A stretch of DNA of 64,000 bases from a virus (IMGVR_UViG_3300044613_002694:30376-94375), one strand, 5' to 3'. Counted from the stretch's first letter, positions 45,845 to 55,386 are shown. Notes: generated by a model from the sequence alone, not told the origin. Numbers and translations: made by a program.

Positions 45845-46146
45845 CGTAATGCAAACCAGTTCTTATCTTCTTCACTTTTTATAAGTATTCTAGCAGGAGT
45901 TCCCTCATATGGACTAGTCCAACACCATCTTTCATTGACTATTGGCTTGTTATGAATCATTAACTCCATGAATTCATTTAATGAGCAACTAGGACCAAAT
46001 GTTTCCCAACACCATTGACGCATTTCACAGAATTTTGCTGTTCGATCACCTTGTTGCCAAGAAGGTTGCCATCTGAAAACCATGCTGTATTTGAAGTATT
46101 GATGACCGGTGTATCGCTTGTCTAACTTTGATATCGCTATATTCAT
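45835..46146 (-). CDS. family A small paralog (...EEDKNWFALRWG)
   Basis: Motif. Confidence 0.55.
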   Translation of the reverse strand: MNIAISKLDKRYTGHQYFKYSMVFRWQPSWQQGDRTAKFCEMRQWCWETFGPSCSLNEFMELMIHNKPIVNERWCWTSPYEGTPARILIKSEEDKNWFALRWG

Positions 46147-46204
46147 GTATGAATTATACTCCTTCTTATGGTGGATGTCAATAAATAATTACAGAGGCAT
46201 ACAA

Positions 46205-47017
46205 ATGAGAATACTAGTCACCGGTGCCAACGGATTTGTTGGACGTAATATGCTCGAATGGCTATCCCAAGAAGAATTCTGGGAAATCGAGACATGGGAA
46301 TGGGATCCTAATAATTTACCTGATGTAAAAAAATATAAATGGGTCATACATCTGGGTGCTGTTACAGATACCAGTGATGCTGACGTTGATACGATTATAC
46401 ATAAGAACTATGAGTTCAGTCAATGGCTTTTTACTGAATGCAATAAGAATAAAGTGCATATGCAATATGCCAGTTCCAGCGCTGTTTATGGAAATAATAA
46501 GAATTTTTCGGAATTTGCTCCTTGTCATCCAGAAACACCATATGCGTGGTCGAAATACTTATTTGATAGATGGGTATTGCAGCAAGAGCATAACATCTAT
46601 GTTCAAGGATTTCGATACTTCAACGTGTATGGAAAATATATGCATACCAAAGGAGAACGAGCTGATATCTTATGTAAGTGGCGAGAAGAGGCCAAAAATG
46701 AAGGAAAGATCACTATTTGGGCAAATGCTGATCGCATCAAACGTGATTGGGTTTGGGTCGGAGACGTATGCAAATTACATATTGATTTCATTAAAACTAT
46801 CAATGGTTCAGGCATCTGGAATGTTGGCTCTGGACTATCACACAGTTATTTAGATTTAGCGGAAGAAATTGCAATTCAAGAAGGGGTACAAATTGAATTT
46901 GCCTCACCAAAACCAACTGAACAATATAATACAAAAGCCGACTTAACCTTATTGAAATCAACTATCGGAAAACGCAAATGGTTATCAGTTTACGAATGGA
47001 TTGATCGTGGATTGTGA
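46205..47017 (+). CDS. NAD-dependent sugar epimerase/dehydratase (short-chain dehydrogenase fold)
   Basis: MRILVTGANGFVGRN Rossmann GxxGxxG; YAWSKYLFD (YxxxK catalytic motif); track ORF 46109 trimmed to the ATG after a GAGG RBS. Confidence 0.6.
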   Translation: MRILVTGANGFVGRNMLEWLSQEEFWEIETWEWDPNNLPDVKKYKWVIHLGAVTDTSDADVDTIIHKNYEFSQWLFTECNKNKVHMQYASSSAVYGNNKNFSEFAPCHPETPYAWSKYLFDRWVLQQEHNIYVQGFRYFNVYGKYMHTKGERADILCKWREEAKNEGKITIWANADRIKRDWVWVGDVCKLHIDFIKTINGSGIWNVGSGLSHSYLDLAEEIAIQEGVQIEFASPKPTEQYNTKADLTLLKSTIGKRKWLSVYEWIDRGL

Positions 47018-47041
47018 TAAATACTTGACAGAGGAAGTAAC

Positions 47042-47401
47042 ATGAGAGCAAGTGAATTTTTAAATGAAGATAATTTTGGAGTAGGAAAAAAACGCCCTGC
47101 ACGACCTGGATCTCGCGAAGACCAAGTTGGTCCACGTGGTCACAAACCAGAAACGCAATATAGTGTGGATGAAGAATTCGAAATTGATGAAGCTGGAAAG
47201 GCTCCTAAAAAGCTGTGTCTTTCTAAAAAAACTGATGGTGAATTAGGTGCAAGCCAATTATCATCATGTCAAGCACAGGGCTTACGTAAAAGAAATACAA
47301 AACGAAAATTTAGAATTGGTAAGAAAGTTCAATCAATTGATGGTAAATATGTGCGTTCGGCTGACTACGGAGGCCCTTTGCCCAAATGGAAAGGTAACTA
47401 A
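47042..47401 (+). CDS. basic small protein with MRASEF N-terminus (candidate packaged internal protein)
   Basis: Lys/Arg-rich; N-terminal motif shared with 55387 and 62917. Confidence 0.45.
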   Translation: MRASEFLNEDNFGVGKKRPARPGSREDQVGPRGHKPETQYSVDEEFEIDEAGKAPKKLCLSKKTDGELGASQLSSCQAQGLRKRNTKRKFRIGKKVQSIDGKYVRSADYGGPLPKWKGN

Positions 47402-48024
47402 TGCGATTTCGTGAATTTTCAAAATTAACAGAATTTGATGCGGGTAGCGCGATATCATCTGCAGGTAATATTATTAGTATGTTATCTAATCCACTCGGTG
47501 CATTAGATAATATTACTGGTACTACTTCTACCGATTCGGCTGGTGCTGGATCATCGACTGCTGATATAGCAACTATTCAAGACCCAGATTTTAACAGAAA
47601 ATTAGAAAAGGTTGCAAATAAGTTAGGTGTTAGAGCTAATGATTTGCTTGCTATTATGAAGCAAGAATCAGGTGTTGATCCATCAAGAGTTAATTCAACA
47701 TCTAACGCAACTGGCCTTATTCAATTCATGCCAGATACTGCTAGAAGACTTGGAACTACTACCGATGCATTAGCTAAAATGTCAGCTGTTGAACAACTAG
47801 ATTATGTTTACTTATATTACAAAAGTGTTAAACTTAAACCTGGGTCCGATGCCGGTGATATGTATGTGGCAACATTTTATCCAGCCGCTGCAGGACAACC
47901 TGATAATTATGTAATCAGTTCACGCGGAAACAAAGTTTATAACCAAAATGCAGGATTAGATAGAAATAAAGATGGAACAATCACTGTGGGAGATGTAAAA
48001 AAATCTGTATCAAGGTTTGTATAG
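47401..48024 (+). CDS. lytic transglycosylase (SLT-domain) protein
   Basis: ESGVDPSRVNSTSNATGLIQFMPDTARRLG resembles the SLT catalytic region (E...GLMQ.MP.TA). Confidence 0.5.
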   Translation: MRFREFSKLTEFDAGSAISSAGNIISMLSNPLGALDNITGTTSTDSAGAGSSTADIATIQDPDFNRKLEKVANKLGVRANDLLAIMKQESGVDPSRVNSTSNATGLIQFMPDTARRLGTTTDALAKMSAVEQLDYVYLYYKSVKLKPGSDAGDMYVATFYPAAAGQPDNYVISSRGNKVYNQNAGLDRNKDGTITVGDVKKSVSRFV

Positions 48025-48036
48025 TTAAATAACTTT

Positions 48037-48585
48037 ATGAATTTAATAGGTAATTTAATTATATCCCCGCCATCAGTAAAAGGCAATTTCTGGTATAAAA
48101 CAGTCGCAATGATTGTTGAACATCATAATCAAGGAAGTATTGGTATAGTTCTTAATAAACGAAGTAACTATACTATAAATGAATTAGGTGATCAACTTGA
48201 TTTAGATTTTGATATACCAGGATATGTCTATATAGGTGGTCCAGTCAATCCGAATAGTATTAGTTTAATTCATTCTAATGAATGGAGTTGCGATAATACA
48301 CTTCGGCTTAATGAAAACTTCTCATTAAGCTCATCAAAAGAAATCATGCGACGATTTTCTAATAATGACTTACCAAAAAAGTGGAGGTTATTTTTTGGAA
48401 TTTGTGGATGGCCACCTGGTAAACTACATAAAGAAATTAATGGCATTGAACCAGAAGATAAGAACACTAGTTGGTGTTTTACCAATAGCGACACAGATTT
48501 AGTGTTTAATCATGACACCAAAGTACAATGGAATAAAGCATTAGAAAAAGCTGCAGAAGAATTTTCACAAAGCATATTATCATAA
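48037..48585 (+). CDS. YqgE/AlgH-family (UPF0301) protein
   Basis: PSVKGNFWYKTVAMIVEHHNQGSIGIVLNKRSN...IGGPVNPNSISLIHS pattern. Confidence 0.5.
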   Translation: MNLIGNLIISPPSVKGNFWYKTVAMIVEHHNQGSIGIVLNKRSNYTINELGDQLDLDFDIPGYVYIGGPVNPNSISLIHSNEWSCDNTLRLNENFSLSSSKEIMRRFSNNDLPKKWRLFFGICGWPPGKLHKEINGIEPEDKNTSWCFTNSDTDLVFNHDTKVQWNKALEKAAEEFSQSILS

Positions 48586-48594
48586 GGATATATA

Positions 48595-49005
48595 ATGAAA
48601 AATTGGTTATGGAAAATATCTGGATTCATATTACTAGGTATTGGGTATCTCGGTATTATAACCCCAGGATTGCCATTCAGTCCATTTATTGTCGGTTCTG
48701 CTATATGTTTTAGCAAAAGTAGTCCAGCTATGCATAAATGGTTATATAATCACAAATTTTTTGGTCCGTTTTTAAGTAATTGGGTCAATAATAAAGTGTT
48801 TCCAACAAAAATGAAATACATGATGTTAGCTGTCATGTCTAGTTCATTAGTTATTTTATGGTTTACTACACACAATTCTACCACAATCGCATATTCTGGT
48901 GGTTTTATGATATTAGTCTCAATATGGGCTTGGAGATTTCCTGGAAGTCTTAATGAATATTATGAAAGAGAATCATCTGGTAAGAAAATAGGCTGGTTCA
49001 AATAA
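48595..49005 (+). CDS. YbaN-like (DUF454) inner membrane protein
   Basis: GLPFSPFIVGSAICFSKSSPAMHKWLYNHKFFGPFLSNW signature and TM helices. Confidence 0.55.
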   Translation: MKNWLWKISGFILLGIGYLGIITPGLPFSPFIVGSAICFSKSSPAMHKWLYNHKFFGPFLSNWVNNKVFPTKMKYMMLAVMSSSLVILWFTTHNSTTIAYSGGFMILVSIWAWRFPGSLNEYYERESSGKKIGWFK

Positions 49006-49239
49006 TGTAAAAAGATAAATATTAGAATTACAAAAATAAGGTAGTCCTAATGAGAAATAATATTTTACCACCCGTAAAACGAGGCGATACTTGGACATTT
49101 ACGTTCTCGTGGAAAAATCAAAAACACACCAATTGACTTGACTGATTGCACTGTATTAATAGAAGCAATTAAAGAACAACAACTGCATATCGATAAATTA
49201 GATAAAGATATTGAACAATTGAAATTAAAAGGATAAATT

Positions 49240-49599
49240 ATGACAATTACATATACATGGGAAGTAACCAGTTTAAAAACTACTACAATTGGATCTACTG
49301 CAAATGTAGTAGTACAAGCCTATTGGAAAAAAATTGGCACTGATGAAAATGGTAATGAAGGCATCTTTAATGGTGCTACTCCATTTACCGCAGATTCTAC
49401 TGATAACTCAGGTCCTTTTATTCCATTTTCAGGATTAACTGAAGAAAATGTACTAGATTGGATTAAATCCACCGTCGTTGGACATTACGAAGAACATGTT
49501 AATGAACAAATTTTAAAGCAAATTATCGATAAGATTAATCCAGTTATAGATACAGCTATGCCATGGGTAACTCCAGAAATTTCTGATCATTTTGTGTAA
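49240..49599 (+). CDS. hypothetical protein
   Basis: Track ORF. Confidence 0.4.
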   Translation: MTITYTWEVTSLKTTTIGSTANVVVQAYWKKIGTDENGNEGIFNGATPFTADSTDNSGPFIPFSGLTEENVLDWIKSTVVGHYEEHVNEQILKQIIDKINPVIDTAMPWVTPEISDHFV

Positions 49600-49634
49600 C
49601 TCCATAAATAAAAATTTAAAACAAAGGATTAAAA

Positions 49635-49811
49635 ATGGATAAAACACTAGTAACAGTAACCCTTGATGTAAACCAAGTAAATTTAATATTTGCAGCATTA
49701 ACCGATCAGCCATATAAAAATGTTGCAAAATTAATTGCTGAATTGGATGAACAACTAAAAACACAGTTGCAACAACACCCATCTGGGCCATTAACCGATA
49801 AATTAGTATAA
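49635..49811 (+). CDS. hypothetical small protein (58 aa)
   Basis: Manual translation MDKTLVTVTLDVNQVNLIFAALTDQPYKNVAKLIAELDEQLKTQLQQHPSGPLTDKLV. Confidence 0.35.
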   Translation: MDKTLVTVTLDVNQVNLIFAALTDQPYKNVAKLIAELDEQLKTQLQQHPSGPLTDKLV

Positions 49812-49827
49812 AAACGGAGTATTATAA

Positions 49828-50643
49828 ATGAAAAAATTATTTGCATTAATCTTATTAATGTCATCAGGAATGGTGCATGCTTGGGAACAAGTTGCCCCAT
49901 ATCCAATTGAAAAATGTCAAGTACAATCACCGTATGGCTTTCCACAAACTTCTAAACAAGGTGTAGCAATATGTCGTGCTGGTTATGTTACATTAAACGA
50001 TACTACTGCAAAATTACCAGTTTGGGTTTCTTATACATTATATCCTGAATATGCGTTAGGATGTGTTCCACGTTCTAATGGCTTTGCCCCCGATCAAAGC
50101 TTACCAAAAGGTAGTAGGGCAGAGCTAATCGATTTTAAAGGCAGCGGCTATGATATTGGTCACGTAGTACCCAATGCAGATCAATCAAGGTTCGATCAAA
50201 CAGAAAAAGAAAGTTTCTTATTAACTAATATGGTGGCTCAATTACCAGGAACTAATAGAGGAATAATTAAATTGACCGAAACTAATATTCGTGGATGGGT
50301 AACACAGAGAAATCATCCATATGTAATTTATTCTGGTCCATTATATGGACCAGGTGATAAAACTATTGGTTTAAACCAAATAGTCGTTCCTCATGCATTT
50401 TATAAAATAGTAATTGACACAACAACTAATGAAGTTGCTGGATTTCTAATACCACATGTCGGAAATCAAGGAAATGACTTGACAAAAGTTAGAGCGCCAA
50501 TTGATCAAATCCAACAATTATCAGGAGTCCAATTTGCATACCCAGCGAATGCGGTTGAATTACCATTAAATTATTTATGGCCTGTTGATTATAAAGCATT
50601 AACCGAAGCGAAAAGAGCTGCATGCAAAGGCAACGCTAACTAA
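49828..50643 (+). CDS. secreted DNA/RNA non-specific endonuclease
   Basis: Signal peptide MKKLFALILLMSSGMVHA; GYDIGHVVPNADQ resembles the DRGH-type active site of NUC-family nucleases. Confidence 0.5.
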   Translation: MKKLFALILLMSSGMVHAWEQVAPYPIEKCQVQSPYGFPQTSKQGVAICRAGYVTLNDTTAKLPVWVSYTLYPEYALGCVPRSNGFAPDQSLPKGSRAELIDFKGSGYDIGHVVPNADQSRFDQTEKESFLLTNMVAQLPGTNRGIIKLTETNIRGWVTQRNHPYVIYSGPLYGPGDKTIGLNQIVVPHAFYKIVIDTTTNEVAGFLIPHVGNQGNDLTKVRAPIDQIQQLSGVQFAYPANAVELPLNYLWPVDYKALTEAKRAACKGNAN

Positions 50644-51611
50644 CCAGGTTTATATTTACAATTATCAAAATGCCAGCGTTTTGCGTTCGATGCATTGCTG
50701 GCATTACCACAATACGGACAAATCAATATTTCCTGTGGTGTTAGTTTTTTGCCCTTTCTTGACAAACTCATTTTCAATTTAGATTCTTCGGTATGTGTTC
50801 TACCGGCCATGGCCCCTACTTTTCCATACATTGGGTTATTTTCACCAGTGTTAGCTTCACTCAGTTTTTCCTTGAGCTCTTTTGCTCGTTCTACCCCGTA
50901 TATTTCATCGAAGGTCTTTCCTTTACGCAATGCAATCGTTTCCGGAGAATGTTTCTTACCCGTAAAAGCACCAGGTTTTCCATATCTATGATTTTTATCA
51001 CCTAACATTTTTATACGTTTTTTCTCAGATATTTCTTTAGCCTTTTCTTCACCGAATATTTCATTATAACTTCTCCCTAACCTAGATGTTTTGTGAATAA
51101 TCTTCATCGGTTTTAATGATTCTTTATAAATCCATGTCTTTTTTAATTTATTGATTTTTTCTAATGCTTTTTCTTCCCCATATAATTCAATATATGTTTT
51201 TCCCTTATTATTTGATAGTTGACCTTTATTTCGTATACTAATCATTTGTTTTTGCTTATCGGTCCATAATCTTCCTAATGTACCATCCCCACCGAGGGTC
51301 ATATTGTATCCAGAATGGTAACTATCATATAAATTGATAAAATATGTCTCCATTGCATTTTTTAAATAATCCCCTTCTAACGATTGATATATTATTTCAA
51401 AGGTAAATTTATCGATGCCATACTTTTTAATAGCATAGTATAAATGCGAATTTAGTTTTCTTGAGTTTCTAGTATGTTCTACGATCCTTCTTTCAAAGTT
51501 ATTTGTAAAACCTATATAAATTTTCTCATTAATTGTATTTGTAATTTTATAAATGGAATAAATATCCATGTTGATACTCCTTTTCAGTATTAAAGTAGAT
51601 GGGAACGCCAA
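50640..51611 (-). CDS. GIY-YIG homing endonuclease with repeated NUMOD-like modules
   Basis: IYSIYKITN...KIYIGFTNNFERRIVEH GIY-YIG core; repeated (E)IYGxE(R/K)AKE modules. Confidence 0.65.
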   Translation of the reverse strand: MAFPSTLILKRSINMDIYSIYKITNTINEKIYIGFTNNFERRIVEHTRNSRKLNSHLYYAIKKYGIDKFTFEIIYQSLEGDYLKNAMETYFINLYDSYHSGYNMTLGGDGTLGRLWTDKQKQMISIRNKGQLSNNKGKTYIELYGEEKALEKINKLKKTWIYKESLKPMKIIHKTSRLGRSYNEIFGEEKAKEISEKKRIKMLGDKNHRYGKPGAFTGKKHSPETIALRKGKTFDEIYGVERAKELKEKLSEANTGENNPMYGKVGAMAGRTHTEESKLKMSLSRKGKKLTPQEILICPYCGNASNASNAKRWHFDNCKYKPG

Positions 51612-51713
51612 TTCCGCGATCTACACCATTATTTATAAATATTACTATGAAAATATTATACTACATTTATTACGTATTGTCAAAATTTGGATGTGGATTA
51701 GAAGGAATCCTGT

Positions 51714-51935
51714 ATGAAGATTAGTGAATTAATAGAGACATCAAACTATCTAGCACAGTTAAAAAGTGATGCGAAAAAACACTATCCAGAAACAGATACT
51801 GAGGATGAATCATTATTACAGTTTTTAGCTAGAAGTGTACTTCATGCAAAAGATGATGATGCTAAACAAAATAATGATATAGCAATTCTAAAATCTAAAA
51901 TAAATAATATTGAAAGAATAATTAACAACAAATAG
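51714..51935 (+). CDS. hypothetical protein
   Basis: Track ORF. Confidence 0.4.
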   Translation: MKISELIETSNYLAQLKSDAKKHYPETDTEDESLLQFLARSVLHAKDDDAKQNNDIAILKSKINNIERIINNK

Positions 51936-51944
51936 GAAAATACA

Positions 51945-52229
51945 ATGGCATTACAAATTAATATTAATACTGAATTCGGTACTGAAGAATCACCAGTATA
52001 TGCTCAATATTGGAATATTGGCGCAGTACAAGAGGATTTCAAAGGAAAGGGCACTGAAATCACTATCTATGGATATGCATCCAAAGAAGCAAGAGATAAT
52101 GAAAAACAACCACTATCTGCCGGAAAATTTCAAATAACTGGTGAAGAATATGTTGCTGGTGCAGATCGTGCAACATTATATGAAATCATCAAGCAACGCC
52201 CAGAATTCACTGGTGCAGAAGACTGCTAA
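51945..52229 (+). CDS. hypothetical protein
   Basis: Track ORF. Confidence 0.4.
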   Translation: MALQININTEFGTEESPVYAQYWNIGAVQEDFKGKGTEITIYGYASKEARDNEKQPLSAGKFQITGEEYVAGADRATLYEIIKQRPEFTGAEDC

Positions 52230-52241
52230 CCAGTCATACTC

Positions 52242-52266
52242 GATATCCCTAATTGTTAGGGATATC
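52242..52266. terminator. bidirectional hairpin between convergent genes
   Basis: GATATCCCTAaattgtTAGGGATATC perfect 10-bp stem; no strong T-run. Confidence 0.4.
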
Positions 52267-52331
52267 ACCTCAATGGTTTTATTAACTGTTCAAAAGAAAC
52301 ATATTATAGTGTTTAAGAAGTACGTAAACAT

Positions 52332-53519
52332 TTACAAAATTGATTTTAATGCATCGATTAAATCTTCAATCATTCCATCATCATGAAACGGAGTTGGTGC
52401 AAATCGCAATCGTTCAGTGCCAACATCTACTGTTGGAGAATTAATTGCTTGTACGTAAATACTATAATCATTTAATAATCTATCACTAATTTCTCTAGCT
52501 CTTTTAGCATCACCAATCAAAACAGGTACGATATGTGTAACTGAATCCATCACTGGTATTCCAGCTTCCTTCATCATTTTTTTTAATTTACTAGCACGTT
52601 CTTGGTGTTTTTCTCTTAATTCATTATGAGCTTTTGAATATTTAACTGCAGCTAATGCGCCAGCGACAATAACTGGGCTCAATGACGTACTAAAGATGAA
52701 TCCATCCGCGATGCTTCGAATAGCATCAATTACTATAGAATCCCCTGCGATATAACCACCTTGTACACCAAATGCTTTGCCAAGCGTACCATTAACAATA
52801 TCAACTCGATCTTGCAAATCCATTTCTTCTAACTCACCAGCACCAGTAAATCCTCTAACTCCTACTGCATGAACTTCATCACAGTATGTAATAGCATTAT
52901 ATTTGTCAGCTAAATCACAAATTTCTTTAATAGGACTAATATCACCTTCCATACTGTATATGCTTTCAAATACAATACAGGGAATATTTTCATTTTGAAC
53001 CGATTTCTTCAAACAATTTTCCAACTCTACTAAATCATTATGCTTGAATATTTGTTTAGATGCACGACTATGAACAATACCCATTATTAGACTATTATGG
53101 TTTTTGCTATCACTTATAAATTCAATATTTGGGATAATTTTAGCCAATGCTATTAAACTTGACGTATTCGCTACATAAGCCGAAGTAAATAATAATGCAC
53201 TCTCTTTTTTATGCAATGATGCCAATTCATGTTCTAATGCAACATGATAATGGGTAGTACCTGATATATTTCTCGTACCACCGGATCCAGCACCTGTCAT
53301 ATCTAATGCTGTTCGCATTGCATCTAGTACTACTTTATGCTGTCCAAGTGATAGATAATCATTACTACACCAATTGACAATATTTTTAATGGCATATGGC
53401 CCATACCAGATTGCATTTGGAAATTTACCTTGTTCTCGTAGTATGTCATTGAAAACTCTATACTTTCCAGTTTCTTTTAAATCATTAATAAGTTTATTGA
53501 ATGGTTCTTTGTTAATCAT
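52332..53519 (-). CDS. hemA: 5-aminolevulinate synthase (alpha-oxoamine synthase family, PLP-dependent)
   Basis: YRVFNDI...NWCSNDYL...[11 protein letters not shown]...[14 protein letters not shown]...CDEVHAVG...GTLGKAFG (PLP lysine)...[26 protein letters not shown] match the ALAS signature closely. Confidence 0.7.
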   Translation of the reverse strand: MINKEPFNKLINDLKETGKYRVFNDILREQGKFPNAIWYGPYAIKNIVNWCSNDYLSLGQHKVVLDAMRTALDMTGAGSGGTRNISGTTHYHVALEHELASLHKKESALLFTSAYVANTSSLIALAKIIPNIEFISDSKNHNSLIMGIVHSRASKQIFKHNDLVELENCLKKSVQNENIPCIVFESIYSMEGDISPIKEICDLADKYNAITYCDEVHAVGVRGFTGAGELEEMDLQDRVDIVNGTLGKAFGVQGGYIAGDSIVIDAIRSIADGFIFSTSLSPVIVAGALAAVKYSKAHNELREKHQERASKLKKMMKEAGIPVMDSVTHIVPVLIGDAKRAREISDRLLNDYSIYVQAINSPTVDVGTERLRFAPTPFHDDGMIEDLIDALKSIL

Positions 53520-53556
53520 ACCGATATTTAACTAAATATACAAAAGGAAAAAAATT

Positions 53557-53769
53557 ATGGCAGAAAATGGTATTTCAACACACATCCCAAAATCCGAACG
53601 TAGAGATTTAAAATTAGAATTGGCTGAATTAAAACGTCAAGGAAAACTTATTAATACTGATCCAGTTGATATTACTAAAATTGGTTATAGACCATATAAT
53701 GTTTATAATAGCCCAGGAACAGTTAGTCCAGCTACAGGACATCCATGGGAATTAGGTCCAGAGGTTTAA
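53557..53769 (+). CDS. hypothetical small protein
   Basis: Track ORF. Confidence 0.4.
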   Translation: MAENGISTHIPKSERRDLKLELAELKRQGKLINTDPVDITKIGYRPYNVYNSPGTVSPATGHPWELGPEV

Positions 53770-53770
53770 G

Positions 53771-55372
53771 ATGACATATATTCACCCAAACGATAATAAT
53801 TTAAAAAATCTGCATAAAGCTATGCAATATAATGAGTCTGGTGAACCAGTTGTTCGCACACATGTTGATGGAATATCATTACAAGGCGATGTTCTGGTTG
53901 ATAAGGTTAGAATTCAAATCGATACATTAGGGAATGTATGGGATGAAAATCATTCTGCACCAGTATCAATCGGTACTAATGGGCAAGTAACATTAAAAAC
54001 GAGTTCTGCAGTTATAGGAAAAGTTCAGCAAGATGGTGATTGGACTGTTAAACAAGGTACTACCCCATGGGCAATTAGTGATAATGGTGGTTCTATTACA
54101 GTGGATGGCAGTGTTTCAATTAGCAGTTTACCAGAAGTTGAAATAAAAAATGATAGTGGAAATCCTATCCCTATTTCATTTTCAACTGGTGCCCTAGATG
54201 CATTCGGTAGACAAAGAATTTCAGAACCTTTTACTTTAGGTGATTATAAGCACTTATATGGTATCGACCCCGCTTTTATTGATTATGCTGGAAATGGTGG
54301 TGCCATTGAATTTGTAAAAAATAAAGCATGTTGTACATTAACCACTACTTCTAATCCATCTAGTTTTATCATCCATCAAACAAAATTTTATCATCATTAT
54401 ATGCCTGGTAAATCTCAAGTAATTTTTAGTAGTATAAATTTTGGAGCAGCTACACCGAACGTAGTTAAACGAACTGGATACTTTGATGACAACGATGGAA
54501 TTTATTTCGAACAAGCAGGCGATGGGACTTTATCATGGGTAATAAGAAGTTTTGTTTCTGGCGCTCCCATTGAAGTCAGGAAAACTCAATCACAATGGAA
54601 TTTAGATACTGTATCATGGTTGAACATACTTAATACACAATTAGTAGCGATTGATTTCCAGTGGCTGGGCGTTGGTAGAGTTAGGGTTGGATTTGCACAT
54701 GATGGTGGTGTAGTTTATGTTCATGAATTTTTACATAGCAATAATTTACCAACTGTTTACATGAGTAATCCAAATCTTCCCGTTAGATGCGAAATAAGAA
54801 ATATTGGTACAACTACGGGTGGATCTATGGATCAAATATGTTCAACAGTATTCAGTGAAGGTGGCTATGTTGAAGCGGGACAGGATTGGGCTGCTACTAC
54901 ACCTACATTAAAAGTGATAAATGCTGGAATTACTGCGCCAGTTATGGCAATTAGATTAAAAAATACATTTCATACATATTCAAATAGAATGATTGTTCGC
55001 ATGGGTAATTTGAATATATTCAGTGATGGTGTTAATATTAAATGGAGACTGATAAAATTACCAGCACAAGCATTTCTAACAGGTAATTCATGGGTAGATG
55101 TGCATAATGATTCAGGTATTCAATATAATTCTACTGCTACCGCATGGACAGATGGGCAAGAAATGGATAGTGGATTTGTTGGTGCATCTACCCAAGGTAG
55201 TCAAAAAGCAGGAGGCGCACCGGCTAGTAACATCCCATCATCTGCAAAAAAGAATTATATTGTGCAAAACTTTGACAGTACGGATTCCGAGATATTTCTA
55301 GTAGTTGCAACTAATCTTGGCTCACAATCAACTAATGTTGGTGTTAGTATGCAATGGCGTGAAATCTATTAA
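53771..55372 (+). CDS. putative virion structural protein (533 aa)
   Basis: Start of a long co-oriented block with fibre-like proteins. Confidence 0.45.
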   Translation: MTYIHPNDNNLKNLHKAMQYNESGEPVVRTHVDGISLQGDVLVDKVRIQIDTLGNVWDENHSAPVSIGTNGQVTLKTSSAVIGKVQQDGDWTVKQGTTPWAISDNGGSITVDGSVSISSLPEVEIKNDSGNPIPISFSTGALDAFGRQRISEPFTLGDYKHLYGIDPAFIDYAGNGGAIEFVKNKACCTLTTTSNPSSFIIHQTKFYHHYMPGKSQVIFSSINFGAATPNVVKRTGYFDDNDGIYFEQAGDGTLSWVIRSFVSGAPIEVRKTQSQWNLDTVSWLNILNTQLVAIDFQWLGVGRVRVGFAHDGGVVYVHEFLHSNNLPTVYMSNPNLPVRCEIRNIGTTTGGSMDQICSTVFSEGGYVEAGQDWAATTPTLKVINAGITAPVMAIRLKNTFHTYSNRMIVRMGNLNIFSDGVNIKWRLIKLPAQAFLTGNSWVDVHNDSGIQYNSTATAWTDGQEMDSGFVGASTQGSQKAGGAPASNIPSSAKKNYIVQNFDSTDSEIFLVVATNLGSQSTNVGVSMQWREIY

Positions 55373-55386
55373 GGATAAATACATCT

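Noticed and set aside
46109-46204. Track ORF 46109-47017 starts 96 nt upstream of the epimerase Rossmann motif and overlaps the last minus-strand family A gene
   Set aside because: The N-terminal 32 codons are hydrophobic nonsense lacking an RBS. A GAGG RBS precedes the internal ATG at 46205 (MRILVTGANG), so the shorter start was used.
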